NCBI GenBank assembly: GCA_951406725.2
Contig: OX597831.1
Coordinates: 45,384,001-45,448,000 of the forward strand
Direction of reading: 5' to 3'
DNA: 64,000 nucleotides
Origin: Octopus vulgaris
Taxonomy: Eukaryota
Each line of letters opens with the position of its first letter. Position 1 is the stretch's first letter. A model generated the notes under the pieces. The model saw only the letters and a list, made by a program, of their open reading frames with translations, had not been told where the DNA came from and did not search any database. The position numbers and the translations under genes were made by a program. Below, piece by piece: positions 40,727 through 55,597 of this stretch.

Positions 40727-41390
40727 GGTGGCAGACTGGCAGAATTGTTAACATGACACACAAAATGCTAAGCAGCATTTCTTGTGACTCATTACATTCT
40801 GAGTTCAAATTTCACCAAAGTCAACTCTGCCTTTCATCCTTTCAGGTTCAATAAAATAAGCACCAGTTGAGCACTGTGGTCTATACATTAGGCTAGTTTC
40901 TTCCCACCAATATTCAAGCCTGGTGCCTATAGTAGAAAGGACTACCATTATCATCATCATTATTATTGTTGTTGTTGTTATTAATGTGGAGATCTGGCAC
41001 AACTGTTCACCACCTTAGTAGTTCTACCAGTTCACCCGACAAAATATTTAATGGTATTTTGTCTATCTTTACATTCTGAGTTCAAATCCCATTGAGGCTA
41101 ACTTTGCCTTTCATCCTTTTGGAGTGAATAAATAAGTACCAGTCAAGCACCTGATGTTCAGTCAAGCACCTGATGTTCACTTACCCCTAACCCTAACCCA
41201 TGATTTCAGGCCTTGTGCATATAGTATACAGATTATTATTATTATATTAAGTTCAAATTCCACCTTAGTCAATGTTGCTTTTCATCCCTCAGGGTTTGAT
41301 AAAATATAGTATCAATTAAGTACTTGGGATCAACTTCATTGATTAAACTTTCCCTTAAAACCGCTGACCTTGGGCTTAAATTAGAAATAA
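40727..41390 (+). mobile_element. Cluster of three same-orientation family-C SINE copies
   Basis: agttcaaat..gcctttcatcc..aataagtaccag repeated near 40800, 41080 and 41250. Confidence 0.75.
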
Positions 41391-44300
41391 TTATTTATTT
41401 CATTTTGAGACAGAATAATATCACTGCAGAATATTACAAAACCTTGTCTCTTTCTAGTAAATACTTTGAAATAATCTTTTACAACAAATATAGTAATTAT
41501 ATCATTTAGATGAATGAAAGGTACTAAATGTAATAAAGCCTTATAAACACTAATTATAATGGCAAAGGAGCAGACAAAATCCTCAGTGAAACTCATAAAA
41601 CCACTTCTAAAATTGTCATTTTTACTTTGTTGCATCTTTTAAATTCTCAAAAGGATAACATCTAAATTTCATTAGCTCCTTTCAAATCTAAACATGAGAA
41701 ACGCAAGTAGTGCAGCGGGTGCACGTGCATAAATGTATACACATGTAAAATGAGCACAACAACAACAACCATACAGTTGCACAACTACTACATTATTAAC
41801 AAAGATGAGAGAAAAGACAAACTTATTTTCATATCCAAAATACATCCAGCTAATGTCATAAACAGCTTTGCAAAAGTTATCGTTTTTCTATTAGCTGCTT
41901 CTACAGTAGCCTTCTAAGTAACATTATCTTGCACGCATGTTTAGAGGCTGGTCTTTCTTTTTAAGAAGTGAATTTTAATACCAGAATATATCAAGAATTG
42001 TGTGACATTATTCCAGAGCAAGATATAAAAATAAAGAATAAGAGCAACTTGATCAAACTTTCTGTTCCCAACTCATTTTCAAATTACTTATTGATCTTGA
42101 CAGATAAATAGAACAAAAAGGAAATAGTTTTCTATAGGAAACTCAAAAACTCAGTAGTGTGACAGCACTAGATTAATTTGCTTTATATATATAATTATAG
42201 TTTTGATTTTCAGAAGGAAAAAATACATACAAATACAAAAAAATCTGATAAGTACAATACATTTGTAATAAGTAAAATAAAATGCCAGAAATTGTGTTCG
42301 GAAAAAAAGGTACAATTTGTACTTGCATGTAGACAAAAAACATACATGCAGTTTGTGAAACCAATGACCAAGCCATTTCATTTTTTTTGCAGTAATTTTC
42401 AAATATAGAAAAAGACAGATTTATTTTTGAGAAAATTTAATTGAAAATATAGTAAATCTGAATTCCATTTGAAATTAAGATTTACAATATTTTATGGATT
42501 TTATCAGTTTCAATTCACGTGTGTGTGTGTGTGTTTTTTTCCTTGTTTGCATGGGTGTCATGCATGGTTTGGTTGAACTGTTTTAATAGAATGCTAACCA
42601 CTAAACATTACAGCAAAGTAAAGTAGATATCCAGCACCTTAATATCAGAACATCAAAGTTGTGTGTGTGATTAGAAAAAAAAAAGATTTATATATCTAAT
42701 ACTGAAATATAAATCTCATCACTTAAAGCTCCTTCTTACCCCTAGCCATACATACTTTCCTTCTAGCTGCAAAACCTAATTCTTTAATATCTTCATATTT
42801 CATTGCTTTATTTTATTCCTAGGATAATCATGTCATGAAATGTCACTTATACATCAGTATTTCAAGACTTTCACATTCCAGTCTGACAAAGGAGAGACTA
42901 GTAAATACTTGCTGTTAAAACAATGTATTTATTTGAATTTAGTAAATATGGAACTACAATTTGAAGCAAATTCAAAGTATGATATAGTATGGAAAAGATC
43001 CTAAAATTAGTTGAGGATGATCAGCCTAAAGTGAATGTTATTGAATCTCCAAAACAACAGTAACAAAAAGAGTTTATGAAAGTCATGATAGCCATAGTGG
43101 TAGTAATAATAGTAATAGTCAACCTGTAGAATAGCAGCATTCAATAAAGAGAGACCATAACACAAACCAAGTAACAAATGATATTTCATAACTTATACAT
43201 AAGGAGTTTAAATGTTAATTGAAATAAGAAGTGAAAAAAATATCTAAACGATTTAAAATTCACAAATTAAAAAACATAACATTTCTGACTCAGAGTTTAT
43301 CAATATGCACTGCTTTCCAACTTGTATATTTATACACAAACACACACAGATATTTAAGACACTAAGAATGTGATGATCATGAACAAAGCTACAACTAGTC
43401 AAAACATACATTTGGCTGTTATGCAGTTGGGGTCACACTTACAAGAATTATTTTCCATAATGAAATTTAGAGTCTAAACAACTTATTTCAAGGAGTATTT
43501 ATTTCCAAATTTCTCACATATTGTAATAAAGTGCCTTTACCTCAGATCATAATACTGTCTCTAGCAAGAATTTGATTTATGTTTAAAATTGCAACCCCCA
43601 AAGTCAATCACATTTAAAGGGAAAATATCTTTGTAGTCAAAATGACTGAAATACTCTCTGACTAAACTAAATAAGATTACATTTATTTTACTATATAAAA
43701 CACCCAGTTGGAACAATGGTAATATGAAATGAGATCAAATGTAATATTTGATACATTTGCGTTCAATTCAATTGAACTGCATGTGGCATTTCATCTACCT
43801 TCCTTGAGACTTTTAAGTCAAGAAATTTAAGACATTCTTTGGCAGAATAAAGTTTTGGCAACCAGTTCAGAGACCAGGAGGAAATAAATAAATGATGAGT
43901 AAAATGCAATTCAAACCTCAGAATCTATTTAAAAGACTATAAAAACAACAGAACACAATCAATTTTAAAAGCATTGATGTTTTTAGTGGATTGGAAAGAA
44001 AATTTTCTGGAAATTTACCTGTGAAATATGACTGCCTGGTCTGCTGAGTGGAAGCTATGCCATGAAAAGAAATTGTAGAGAATGTCTTTCAAGATTCTGA
44101 ATAATACTGAAGCAAATAACATATATTCCATTTTTCTTTATTGTGCCAATATTTTTTCAAAAAGCTTAATTATGATAATTAATAACAGCTTTCCATTTTT
44201 AATTGCATAATTTACTAAACTTCAAAAAGTTCCATTGCCATTCATGAAAGATCATTTTAGGATGGAAATGGCAAATAAATATTGATCTCAGTATACAACT

Positions 44301-45610
44301 ATGCCCAAACCCAATATAATTTTCTATTTATGTGTATCATTAATTAACATAAAACTATATATTATTTTGTATAACACATGTTCCCTAGGTATGAATGAAA
44401 ATATGGTAGGTTCCCATTACAAACTATTCTGAATAATTTAAATAACTGAATTTATTAAAAAAGCTACTCAAGAACTCCCCTGAAAATAGTTTAGGTATCC
44501 CTAATATCACTGAAAGGCAAGGGCATCAAATATTTTTTAAAAAGTTTATTTTTAAACCTGCTCCCTTTATTATAGAGTTTAATATTTTTGAGAGAGATAT
44601 TTGTTTTATATCAACAACATCTGACACTTGGCTGCCTTTGGCAGAGTTTATTCTAATGCAAGCATTCAAGCTAGGTCTCAAGTACAAGGATATTTTCCTT
44701 CCACCAGTCACAGAGCCCCTAAAAAGAGCCATGAGTATTGCACTTCGTCCTTTAACTAAGCTATTGAAAAAATATTATTTTGAGATAAACATGTCACAAA
44801 AGTTAATCCTATAAAACCCCTTTTATTATATTCTCCACATTGGCTAAAAAAAAAAAAGCCTATCCAACAAACCTGTCATCAGACAGTCAAGGAAAACAAT
44901 CTACATACAATATCTCACTAAATGCTTGATATGTTTTCAAATAATCTAACAAATTAATATAGAAATATTTATTTAATGCCACATGAACAATCACTTTAGC
45001 ACATGCAATTTATATTCCGAACTCAATTTTCAAAGCCTCATTTAACAGAGATCTTGATTTATTCACTCAAGTCTATTGACTTTTTTTTTTCATCATCTTC
45101 ACTGAGTCAGGTGAAATATGAACTTGCATATCTTCACCATCCCTACAACTTACCTAACAGACTAGGACTTAGAAATCATTAACAAAGACTTCCAGCTTCT
45201 TTCACAAAGAGTTTTCTTCCCTAACTCATCAAAATATGTCCAAAGCTTCACTGTGCTATCAACTTGTTGACCATCTATTATAAAAACAAAACAGAAAAAA
45301 AAAAAAAAAAAAAAAAAAAACTAATCCATTCTCTTGGCAATTTCATTATTTGTAGTCTTTCTTGGTTCATTCATCTCATTCAGACCAGGCAGCTGTAGAG
45401 GCCAGAGCATTTAATCATTTATATATCCATACAACATAGTTAATCCTATAAGACATAACAGAGAAATGTGAAAGACAGTTTTCCAAACAGAAAGTATAGT
45501 TCAATTTCTAGACATGATTGAAGCTATGATATTTGGTAGTGATCAGATTAATAGAGTGCAGCATTACCTAAAATTTCATCCATATACTCAGCTAAAACCA
45601 AGATATTTCC

Positions 45611-45905
45611 CTGGGCAAGTGTCTTCTACTATAGCTTCGGGCTGACCAAAGCCTCGTGAGTGGATTTGGTTGACAGAAACTGAAAGAATCCTGCTGTATA
45701 TATGTGTGTGCTTTTGTGTCTGTTTGTCCCCCACCACTGCTTGACAATTGGTATTAGTGTGTTTATGTCCCCATAACTTAGCAGTTTGTTAAAAGAGACT
45801 GATAAGTATTAGTCATAAAAAAAAAGAAACCATTGGGGTTGATCCATTTGACTAAAAATTCTTCAAGGTGGTTCCCCAACAAGGCCATAAAGACTGAAAC
45901 AAGCA
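45611..45905 (+). mobile_element. 5'-truncated SINE family B
   Basis: Begins at tgggcaagtgtcttctactatagc; colinear with other B copies. Confidence 0.8.
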
Positions 45906-48462
45906 AATAGTTTTTTTTTTAAACTGTAAAAAGATATTTTTACCCTTTAAATGTTATGAAAACCCTTCCACACTAAATGTTAAAGCATTTGGAAGTTTAT
46001 ATTGGAATTCTTGAAATGAGGACCAATTCCCTCATTTTGGCTATTAGTTACATTTCAGTCATTGTACTCTAATAGCCTTCATGTGTCTATCATATTTAGA
46101 ACTTTAAACTGAACCTTCAATTAAATGCTTAAGAGTAGAATGTTCTTGTTCCATTATCCATACCAAGGATATTCTTGTATTAGTTATTCTATATTTCCAT
46201 TTCAATCAGAGAGTATATTTAGATTGACTGACCCACACTACCAAACTCACGTTCACTAGGTAAAAATGCAACACTTAATCAAAGTTCATATCCACTATCC
46301 TATAATCCCATAGGGTAATTTACTGATGGAAATTAGAGAGGCTTTTAAATCTAACCTTTTTTAATGATTGTAAACTGAACTATATTTTTCCTTTTGAAGA
46401 AAAATAAATAAATAAATAAAACAGCACATGACAATCTCCCAAGTAGAAATAGCACAGAGATGAACAGGATATTTCAATGGAATTATTGAGAGAAAAAGTT
46501 AGGTTTAAAAGCTCCAAATTTCCATTATTTGACAGGGACAAACAAATTTCCGTGATTTGATAGGGACAACAAAGTGAATAGAAGAGTTAAAATATTTTAG
46601 TTTACCTAGTAGACATAAAAGTTCAGTTCCTCAGTCAGTCAATCTCTATTCATTCTGATTCAAGAAGAACAGGTAAATGGAATCACAAGTAGAGTAACTA
46701 ATATGAGAATGTTCTTGGAATGGACAATGGAATAACAACAATTCTACCCCTGTTGATTTAACAAAGAATTCTGTTTAAAATTCCAAGAATGTTACTAACT
46801 AAAAGTATCATTTGAAGAAGGCTGGAGGTACAACAGCCAAAACATTGCAACTAAAACAACCAAGATGAAGAACACTATCCAACTATATCAATGTGTAATA
46901 ATCACTTGAGAGGTAAATATGATCAAATAAAGGAAAGGTAAAGAATGGTGTTTTTCAAAATGAAAACTGAAACTATAACAGTAGTTATGGAAGGGTTATT
47001 TTTCAGTAAATTTACTATTTAGTTTTTCTCTGATGGATGGAATCAGAAATGAGTCTTTTTTTCTTTTACAAAAGGAAGGAGAGGATTTATCTATTTGATT
47101 ATTATTTTCTATTGTGTGTGCATCCATGGATATATATATATGGTGTGCAATAGTATTACTGGTTCAGATTTATAGTAAATCAATCACTGGTTCACTGCTT
47201 TTCTTACAGCAAAAGTGACATGGGATCGTCTGCGCAACTCAAAGAGGAACAAATGTGATGCAGAGTATTAAAAAGTACCAGTTTTCCCATGTTTAAACCA
47301 TTTGCCAACATGCATTCACGCATACACATGTTGTGTGTCCCACATGAAGACAGGTACACTGTATCTCTATGCATCATAGCAGGTAACTAAAACAGTTAGC
47401 AATAGGACATCCAGCCACAAAACAAGTCTCAAAATATCCTTTCTAGCTAATGGTAACTTAGAGCTGATGGTGAAGCTGGCACTAGGACAATTTGCTGTTG
47501 GTCAATTCATCATCAGAACAATTTGTTGTCAGTATCCAAGTCACTGTGTCACCATTGTTATTTTGGTTTATAGTTTGCAATATTTGCTTTGGTTTCAGTT
47601 TAAATTGCAGTTATGGAAAAGACATTTGTTTCAAAACTCAGTGAAATGTGCAGGTGTCAAACCATTGCTCTAAGTGGTTCTTGAACTGTTTGGGTCTGGT
47701 TTAGTAAAATGCAAAGTAAATAAATAGAGGATGAGTCCAGAGGTATAGAAGAGATAACAATTATAACCCATTATTTATTTATTATGATGATGAACCCATT
47801 TATAAAAAGTCATTTGATTTTGTTAAAAAAAACTACATTGATCACAACAGATCCAAGTAAGTGTCAAATAGCAAAAATTTATCCTGAGAGAAGAAAGTAG
47901 CCAAAAGAAGAAATACTGAGATATGAACGAGAGCATTAGAAATGTGATATACATTTACGATTCTGAACATAAAATCTCTTGAAAGCAATTGCTCACTACC
48001 TGAAATGTCTTGATATTTTTTTATTATTTTTTTTTAGTTTTGTTGTGTGTGTGTGTGAATGTTCCTTGATAAATTTTGGATAAATAAATTTTGGTTTTAA
48101 TTATTTTACTTTATATGTTAATATAGAAGTTGCATTGTGTTTTTCTACAAGCATTTCTTGCATTGATATGTCCAGTGAAACAGAGGAGAAGGAAATAAAG
48201 AAAACGAAAAAGTAATTTATCTCAATACATTAAGTTTCGTTTTCTTTTCGACATACCATTCCAATTTTTGTTATTCCCCATATTTCAATACCATACTAAA
48301 CTGAAAGAGAAATTTTGCATACTTTTACCAGTTCAATACATTTTTAAGTACTGTTTAATAGCCTCAGGGTATTCTAACTTGAAGGGTGATGACAAATTCA
48401 CCTGGGAATGATCTGACCATATACATATATAAACACATATATATACATGTACACATATACCC

Positions 48463-48507
<45 letters not shown>

Positions 48508-49486
48508 TATGTATAAATACAAGTGTGTGTGTGTACACACACCAATACAGGCATTGCTACTCCAAAAGCCAGGCAAATCCTCTCTTTCTCTTGTCACTTA
48601 TATCATGTTCACCACAAAACCCACACTAACCATAGTTAAACCTCATTCAGTTTAAGTTGATTCCACACTATACCATTATTCTTAATAGATAAGACAGTGA
48701 AGAATATAATGTGTGTGTGTGTTTGTGTAAGCTGATACTTATTTCATTATTTTTATGTGCATACATTTCCTAGATCGGCAAGATATGCACATTTTCCTAA
48801 GTATGTTGCCTGAAGTAATATCCAGGCTTGGTTTCTTGAAAGTTTAATGGGAATAAAACATAATGATTCATTGAAATATATTCATCTTGATGCTCATCGG
48901 TTAGGTGCTTGCATTTCCCACAACCAAATAATCTTGTCTGAATATAAAGGAATTTGCATAATTCAGATTTCTGCATTTCAAATTGCCATCGCTGACCATT
49001 GCTTTAAGTTTTTCAGTCATTCTTTATTTCAATTGATTGTTGATTAATAACTTGCGATAGATACTTCTCCAATGAATACTACACACCAAGCCTGTTTTTA
49101 TATTTATCACATAACTTATATTTGTGAAGAGAGTTTGAAATAGTCATGCTGAAAAATAATTTCATCTGTTCTTTTCGTTGCGTTCTTTCTGGTTGATTTA
49201 TTCAACTGATTAAAAGTATCCAAGTAAGAAAAGAAAAATATATTGATTTTGTAAATCACATTTTAAAACATTTTCAAATTATTGATTATTTGGTACATAC
49301 GAAAAAAGATTCTTAAGAGGGAACATTCATATCAGGAACATGTAACTGTAAGCCAGATTTAGATAGAATTTCATCGGTATTTTTTTTAGCCTCCGCCTTT
49401 TAGTCAATTTATCTGTACCTAATTTATACTTGCATACATTTACACTATTTTTTTTTTATCCTTGATTAAAGATTTAAAAAATGGTT

Positions 49487-49856
49487 AGGTGTGGCTGCAT
49501 GGTAAGAAGCTTGTTTCCCAACTAAATGATTCTGGGTTCATTCCCATTGCGTGGCACCTTGGGCAAGTGTCTTCTGCTATAGCCTCGGGCTTGTGAGTGG
49601 ATTTGGCAGATGGAAACTGAAAGAAGCCCGCCGTATATATGTATGTATGTGTCTGTGTTTGTCCACCCCACTCTCGCTTGACAACTTATGTTGGTACATT
49701 TATGTCGCCATAACTTAGCGGTTCAGCAAAAGAGACCAATGGAATAAGTACTAGGCTCACAAAGAATAAGTCCTGAGGTTGATTTGTTCAACTAAAGGCT
49801 GTGCATCAGCATGGCCACAGTCAAAATGACTGAAACAAGTATAAGAATAAAAGAAT
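49487..49856 (+). mobile_element. SINE family B, full length
   Basis: Colinear with 14097-14490. Confidence 0.88.
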
Positions 49857-52800
49857 AACTCTTTGCCCAACCAAAGCGTTTTCGTAAATTTGTCCTAGAC
49901 AACCAACTTTGTTGTCTGACTTTTTAGTTAGGTCTTTTTTCATACGTTCTCAATAAAATAAAGGTTTCCTTTTGTAAGTCCCAAGTTATTCTGGTAGTTG
50001 AATCATATATGATGTATGGATGCTAGGGAAATATGTCTTGTCTATAACATGTAACACAAAGGACAGGCAAAGATTTATGCAATTGTGTTTCCCATCAATT
50101 ACATTAACTCAAAGCTCTTAATAACAAGCCCTGAGTAATTGAAAATACAAAATCTCTGTTCCGACTACTAACTAAACCTCCTGACTTTCCACAAGAAAGA
50201 TTAAACTACAAACTGGATAGAAAATCTTCCAGGTGCAAGACAACGTCTTACACTAACAATTACAAAACATCATTGTTCCAAATCAGACATATATAGCATC
50301 TCGAGGTGGCTAAAGATGTTAGTTGTTCCTAAAAATTTCATTAACTACTTGTGTATTATGACCTGACTGAGCAGTTCAACAACAAAAGAAACCCATTTGT
50401 TCCATCAACTGTTATTTGAAATAGCTGATTAATTATCATCTCATCAATTAGTATTGTTTTGACTGTTAAACGCCCCTTTTCTTCTGTTCTTATTTACAAC
50501 TAACTATTTTCTAATGTATTTATACATATCTTTAGTATACTTGATTAAGTTTAAGAAGTTTCATTACACTTGTAAAGTTTACTTGTATATATATGATTAC
50601 ATCAGGATTGGCATGATTATTGATGTGAGAGAGAGAGGGGATAGACAGACAGACAGAACCAGTCAGATGAGAGAAAAAAGCCTGCTAGGGAAGACTGGTG
50701 TCGACATCTATACATCAACCTCTGGCCACAAACACAGAATTTATGTGTATGAGTGTGCATTCAAAATGATATGTTGATACAAAACAGATACATTATGATC
50801 TCACACATGCATACACACACATAATATACATACATATATACATACACATACAAACATATATACACAAAAACATGTAGTTACATTCAGACAAACTTTCATA
50901 TATACATATACAAACAAACATACATATATACATATTTCAAGGAGACAGTCTTTCTGTGCTAATGTTTATTTTGGCACTAAATCCACTGTTATTTCTTTTA
51001 TAAAAATCAAGTAGTTATATGCTAGACAAGCGACACTAATGTAACCCATAATTTCTCTGTAGATGTTCTAAATATTTATATTAGAAATATTTACATCAAA
51101 GGTCTTTCAATCTACCCTGTTCCACACGAGTGCTAAAAATACTTAGGTACCAAAAAAGATATATAATTATATAAAAGTCATGTGAACTATGAGCCATCAG
51201 AGAACATCATATCAGACTTTAAAAAATATGTCTGTTGGAGCCTTCCCCTCACAAAACAATATTCCACAAAGCATGACATAAATCAGCGCAATACTGTGCC
51301 TGTCCAACAGTCCTATAACTACCTGAAAATACATGATGATTCAAACCATCTTCTTAAAGAAATTTGCTTTAAAAATTTTTTCCCTCTCTCTTATCTATGG
51401 AAGAAAACCTTAATCCATTTCTCAATCATTTATTTACATTCTTTGCCATTTGTTGTTTAAAATTATCCATGGTGCTGAGTTTTTTGGGTTTTTTTTTACC
51501 AAAACTTTCAAAAATGGCCACTGATTATACTTTGAGCAACAACTTAGTCAATGAATTAACTGATTAATCCATGGCAGATAAAGCTTTGGAGGTGATAAAC
51601 AAAGTGATATATTCTTCTTGATTTTGATCAATCTGATTTCTCATCAAGTGACCTGGCCAAAACACAACCTGAAGAATGGTTGGGCATTGAACCTTTTGCA
51701 AGGTTGCTGGTCCAAAAATAGCTGTTGGGTTATTTTTTTTTACTTCTAATTCATATGTGAAGGGTAAAAGGGAGTTCATTTTGATCCTACCAGGGTTGAA
51801 ATTCATGCACACCTGGATATGCTGTTTCATGGGTGGGGGTGGGGGGCATTTTTTGTTTGTGATGTTTGTATGTCCATATTTATTACTAATTGCATTAAAA
51901 TTATTTCACTTGACACTTTTTTTATCTTTTTTTTTTATATGCATTTGTTTTTTAGTTAGCGTTGTGTGATTAAAGAACAACCACACATGCACAACATTGT
52001 TTTTAAGTACAAACGGCAACTTACAAAAAAGAACAAGAAAAATATCTTCTGCAATACGGCCAATCTTCACAATAAGATACTGTAAGTATATTGTTTGTTA
52101 TTTTTTTTCCAAATAAACACATGCACCATATACTCAATGTTCACTTCAGTTTTATTATTGTTCTTATCTTGGTGTCCTTTGTCTTAAATCTTTCGTCACA
52201 CACCAGCTCAGCGACTCCCTGTCTCACATGTCACCTCCTGTCCTGTTTAATCCATCCTCATAAGCATAAGAGACTAAATACTAGGACCAAACCCATTTTT
52301 AGGTACTTTCTGCTTAATCAATACAGAACTGAGCTTTTGACTTCAAAAGCTTTCAACAGGATGTTAAAGAGTTAAGCAAAAATGTTAACACAACGCATTA
52401 ATGTAGATTCATTTTATTTAAATATCCCATACATTTATAGTGACAACAGTAACTTTAAAAAGCTTGACAACAAAACGGCCATAGAATTTTTTTTTATGTA
52501 TTCAATCTAACAATAAAAAAACTTAACAGTTATCCTCATTTCAATAAGCAATATTTACCTATCAGTTTAGCCATCTCAAAATAATGTTTACAAATGTATG
52601 ACAATACACACACACATATATATTACAGACAGAGACATGTGTATGTGCAAGTGTATACACACACACACACAACTGGTGGTTAAAGAACCCTGATAAGTCA
52701 CATCTGTTACCAAGAGAGGTGTGACAATATAATGTGCATTAGAGCATACTAAAATGAAGCAATTCTTTTATGCTTAAAAGACCCACCTAGCTCCCACACA

Positions 52801-54489
52801 AACTTCTCTCTCTTTCTCCCCTCTGCACACATACGCATACACACACACATTTATATACTTGCTAATATAATGTATATACATATATAAACATAGACATAGA
52901 TAGCTGGGTAGTTAAGAAGACACTGTTGGCTGGTATCTTCTACTATAGCCGCAGCTTGACTAATGCCTTGCAAGAAAAATTTGGTAGACAGAAAGTGCAG
53001 AAAGTGGAGAAAGCTTATTTGTTCCCCTGGTCCTTATACAAGCATGCTAATTGTAAACGAAAGTCACCATCATACAAGTAGCTTCACTTGCTTGCAACTC
53101 ACCATGAAAGCATGTCAAGGCTATTGATATTCAAGGAACAAAGGAACATATAACTTACTTGAAAACAGGTGACAGTTGGTGACAAGAAAAGCAACTGGGT
53201 AAAGAAAAATTTGTCTCAATAAAGCTTCCCTTTACCCATAGGGACATAGAAAAGTGGACAGTAAAATCATGATGTGTGTGTGTGTGTGTGTGCCAGCATG
53301 TGTGTTCCAGGCACTTCTAGGAAATACAGGTACACCCATAAATTAAGAGACAGGGTCGTGGACCAGGAATATTTCATTCGCTTGCAAAATTTTCAAATTC
53401 ATTGGAAGCTTCAGGGTGGCCATCACATAAGCTTCAGTTAAAAACAAGGTCCCCAATGATGTGTAATTTAGATCAGCCACAGCTATGCAACAGCAGAAGA
53501 CAGCAACTCTTTTGGGAGGTACCAAAAGAGAGTAAGCATTTCAAGCCAGAATTCCACTCATATAAATGTGTCTTTTCAATCTAGAATGCTTTACTTTCCA
53601 AAACACCTAAGCCAGTATTTCTCAAAGTAGGTTTCATGAAAAATAAATTTTGGGTTCCAAGTGTCTTTTTACTTTATAAAACAAATGCTATTCACTGTTT
53701 TCAAAATACTAAGTTATTGCATATATATCTAAATTCTCTTAGTTAATAGTTTATTAAAATTTTGGGATATCACATAATGAGTTTCGTACCAAAATAAATT
53801 TGTGAACTACTAATATGTGAATCAACAAATCCTAAGAGCAAACACTGACATTTACTAGACTGCATCCTGAGGAATATTGTTTTGCCATTAGCCAATTTAA
53901 TGTAGGATGCTAAAAACTGGAAGCCTCCATAATCTCTGTTGATAAAAACCAAAAAATCTTGCATATCCGGAGGTGCTAATAACAACGTTCAGAATCTCGA
54001 AGACTATGAAGGGTATACATCTAATATAATATAAGCTGAGGCTTATTCAACTTTTTAACTCTTTCTTAATAAAGACATATAATGTAGTTGCTAATATTTG
54101 AATGCATGGATTTTTTTTTTTTTTGACAATTTGGTTTCCACGTTATAGGAATAATTATTTTCAGTGATAAATTTATGACTTGACACTGATTTCTAGATAT
54201 TTTCCAAAATCATCCTAAGAATTAAAGAATTTCAATAATAAAAGATAACATATTATGTTCAAAATAGTTTCAAATGAAGTGAAGCATTTTCATATTTACT
54301 TAACCTTATGTTCTTATTTAATATGCTTCAATCGAATATATATCATTTATGAAAAATCAAATATACCTCGACAAGAACAATTCTGGACCATTTATGGATA
54401 CATTTTAACTAGGTTTTCTGCTAATGCATACACACACAGTCACACATAATGGGGGTAGATAGAAGCATACATTACTGCAGAGAGTAGTA

Positions 54490-54703
54490 TTGGTTTCAAA
54501 TTTTGGCACAAAGCCAGTAAGTTTGAGGAAGTGGCTAAGTCAGTTACATCAACCCTAGAGTTACTACTTATTTTATTGACCAACTGGTCCTTATTTTATC
54601 AACCACGAAAGGATGAAAGACAAAGTCAACCTCAGCGGAATATGAACTCAGAATGTAAAGAGGGGCGAAATGCCATGAAGCATTTTGTCAGCTCGCAACC
54701 TTA
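54490..54703 (-). mobile_element. SINE family C
   Basis: gaaaggatgaaag..aaagtcaacctc..tgaactcagaa. Confidence 0.72.
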
Positions 54704-55302
54704 ATTGCAGAGAGTAAAATTAAAGCATCAATAAATTACAACGATAATTAATTCATGATGACTGATAAATTATAACAATGAAATAAGCTACGAAAACATT
54801 CATAAACTGGCGCACTAAATTAATTCAATAAATCAGTACTAGTAATATAGTGCATTTAATTTACATATCTTCAAAATATTTATGTAATTATTAGATTTAT
54901 TATTTGGCCAATGTTAACGTATGCAAGAAGTGGTGATCAGGCTTAAAGATTTGTTTAAAATACCAGTTCCAACAGCTTCAGAACAATTTTTTTTTTTTAA
55001 TTTTGGCACAGATGGTAACATGCTGAACTTTAATTCATTTCGTTGATAAAGACTGAATTTAAATCCTGCCAATCAGCCTCAACATCATCTTTTAAAGGCA
55101 GTGCCTCAACATGGCCACAGCCTCTGGCTAAAAGGAGTAAAAGTACTATATATTTGAATAACAAATATGTAGTAAATAGTAGGGGACATAATGATCAGAA
55201 TAGATAAAATATCATATGAAAATATTCTACATAAAGGAAAACAACTTCCAATCTCAATATTGACAACATTATATCTATAAATACACACACACACACACAT
55301 AA

Positions 55303-55597
55303 TTTAATGTACACAGTATATAGTTATGAGTTACTAATAGTTTCATACATTGGAAATACTTTCTAGGCAGGTTTTAATAACATGCTTTGTATCTCCAAGT
55401 AATCTTCAGGCTCCAAGCACATCACCTATACAAGTTACAAATTAGGACAATAGAACATTGATTTGTAACTTGTAGAAGCCATGTGCTCAGAGGCTGAAGA
55501 TTACTTTGAGGTATTAGGCATGTTATTAAAACTTACCTGGAAAATATTTCCAATGTATGAAACTATTAGTAGCTCATAGTTCACTGTGTACATTAAA
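55303..55597. repeat. Long inverted repeat, ~140-bp arms with 18-nt spacer
   Basis: 55303-55442 versus the reverse complement of 55461-55597: about 18 substitutions and one short indel by eye. Confidence 0.93.

Noticed and set aside
41141-41200. 19-bp direct duplication and two taaccc units
   Set aside because: Local slippage inside a SINE; too short for a telomeric relic or CRISPR-like array. The same applies to duplications at ~12261 and ~28422.
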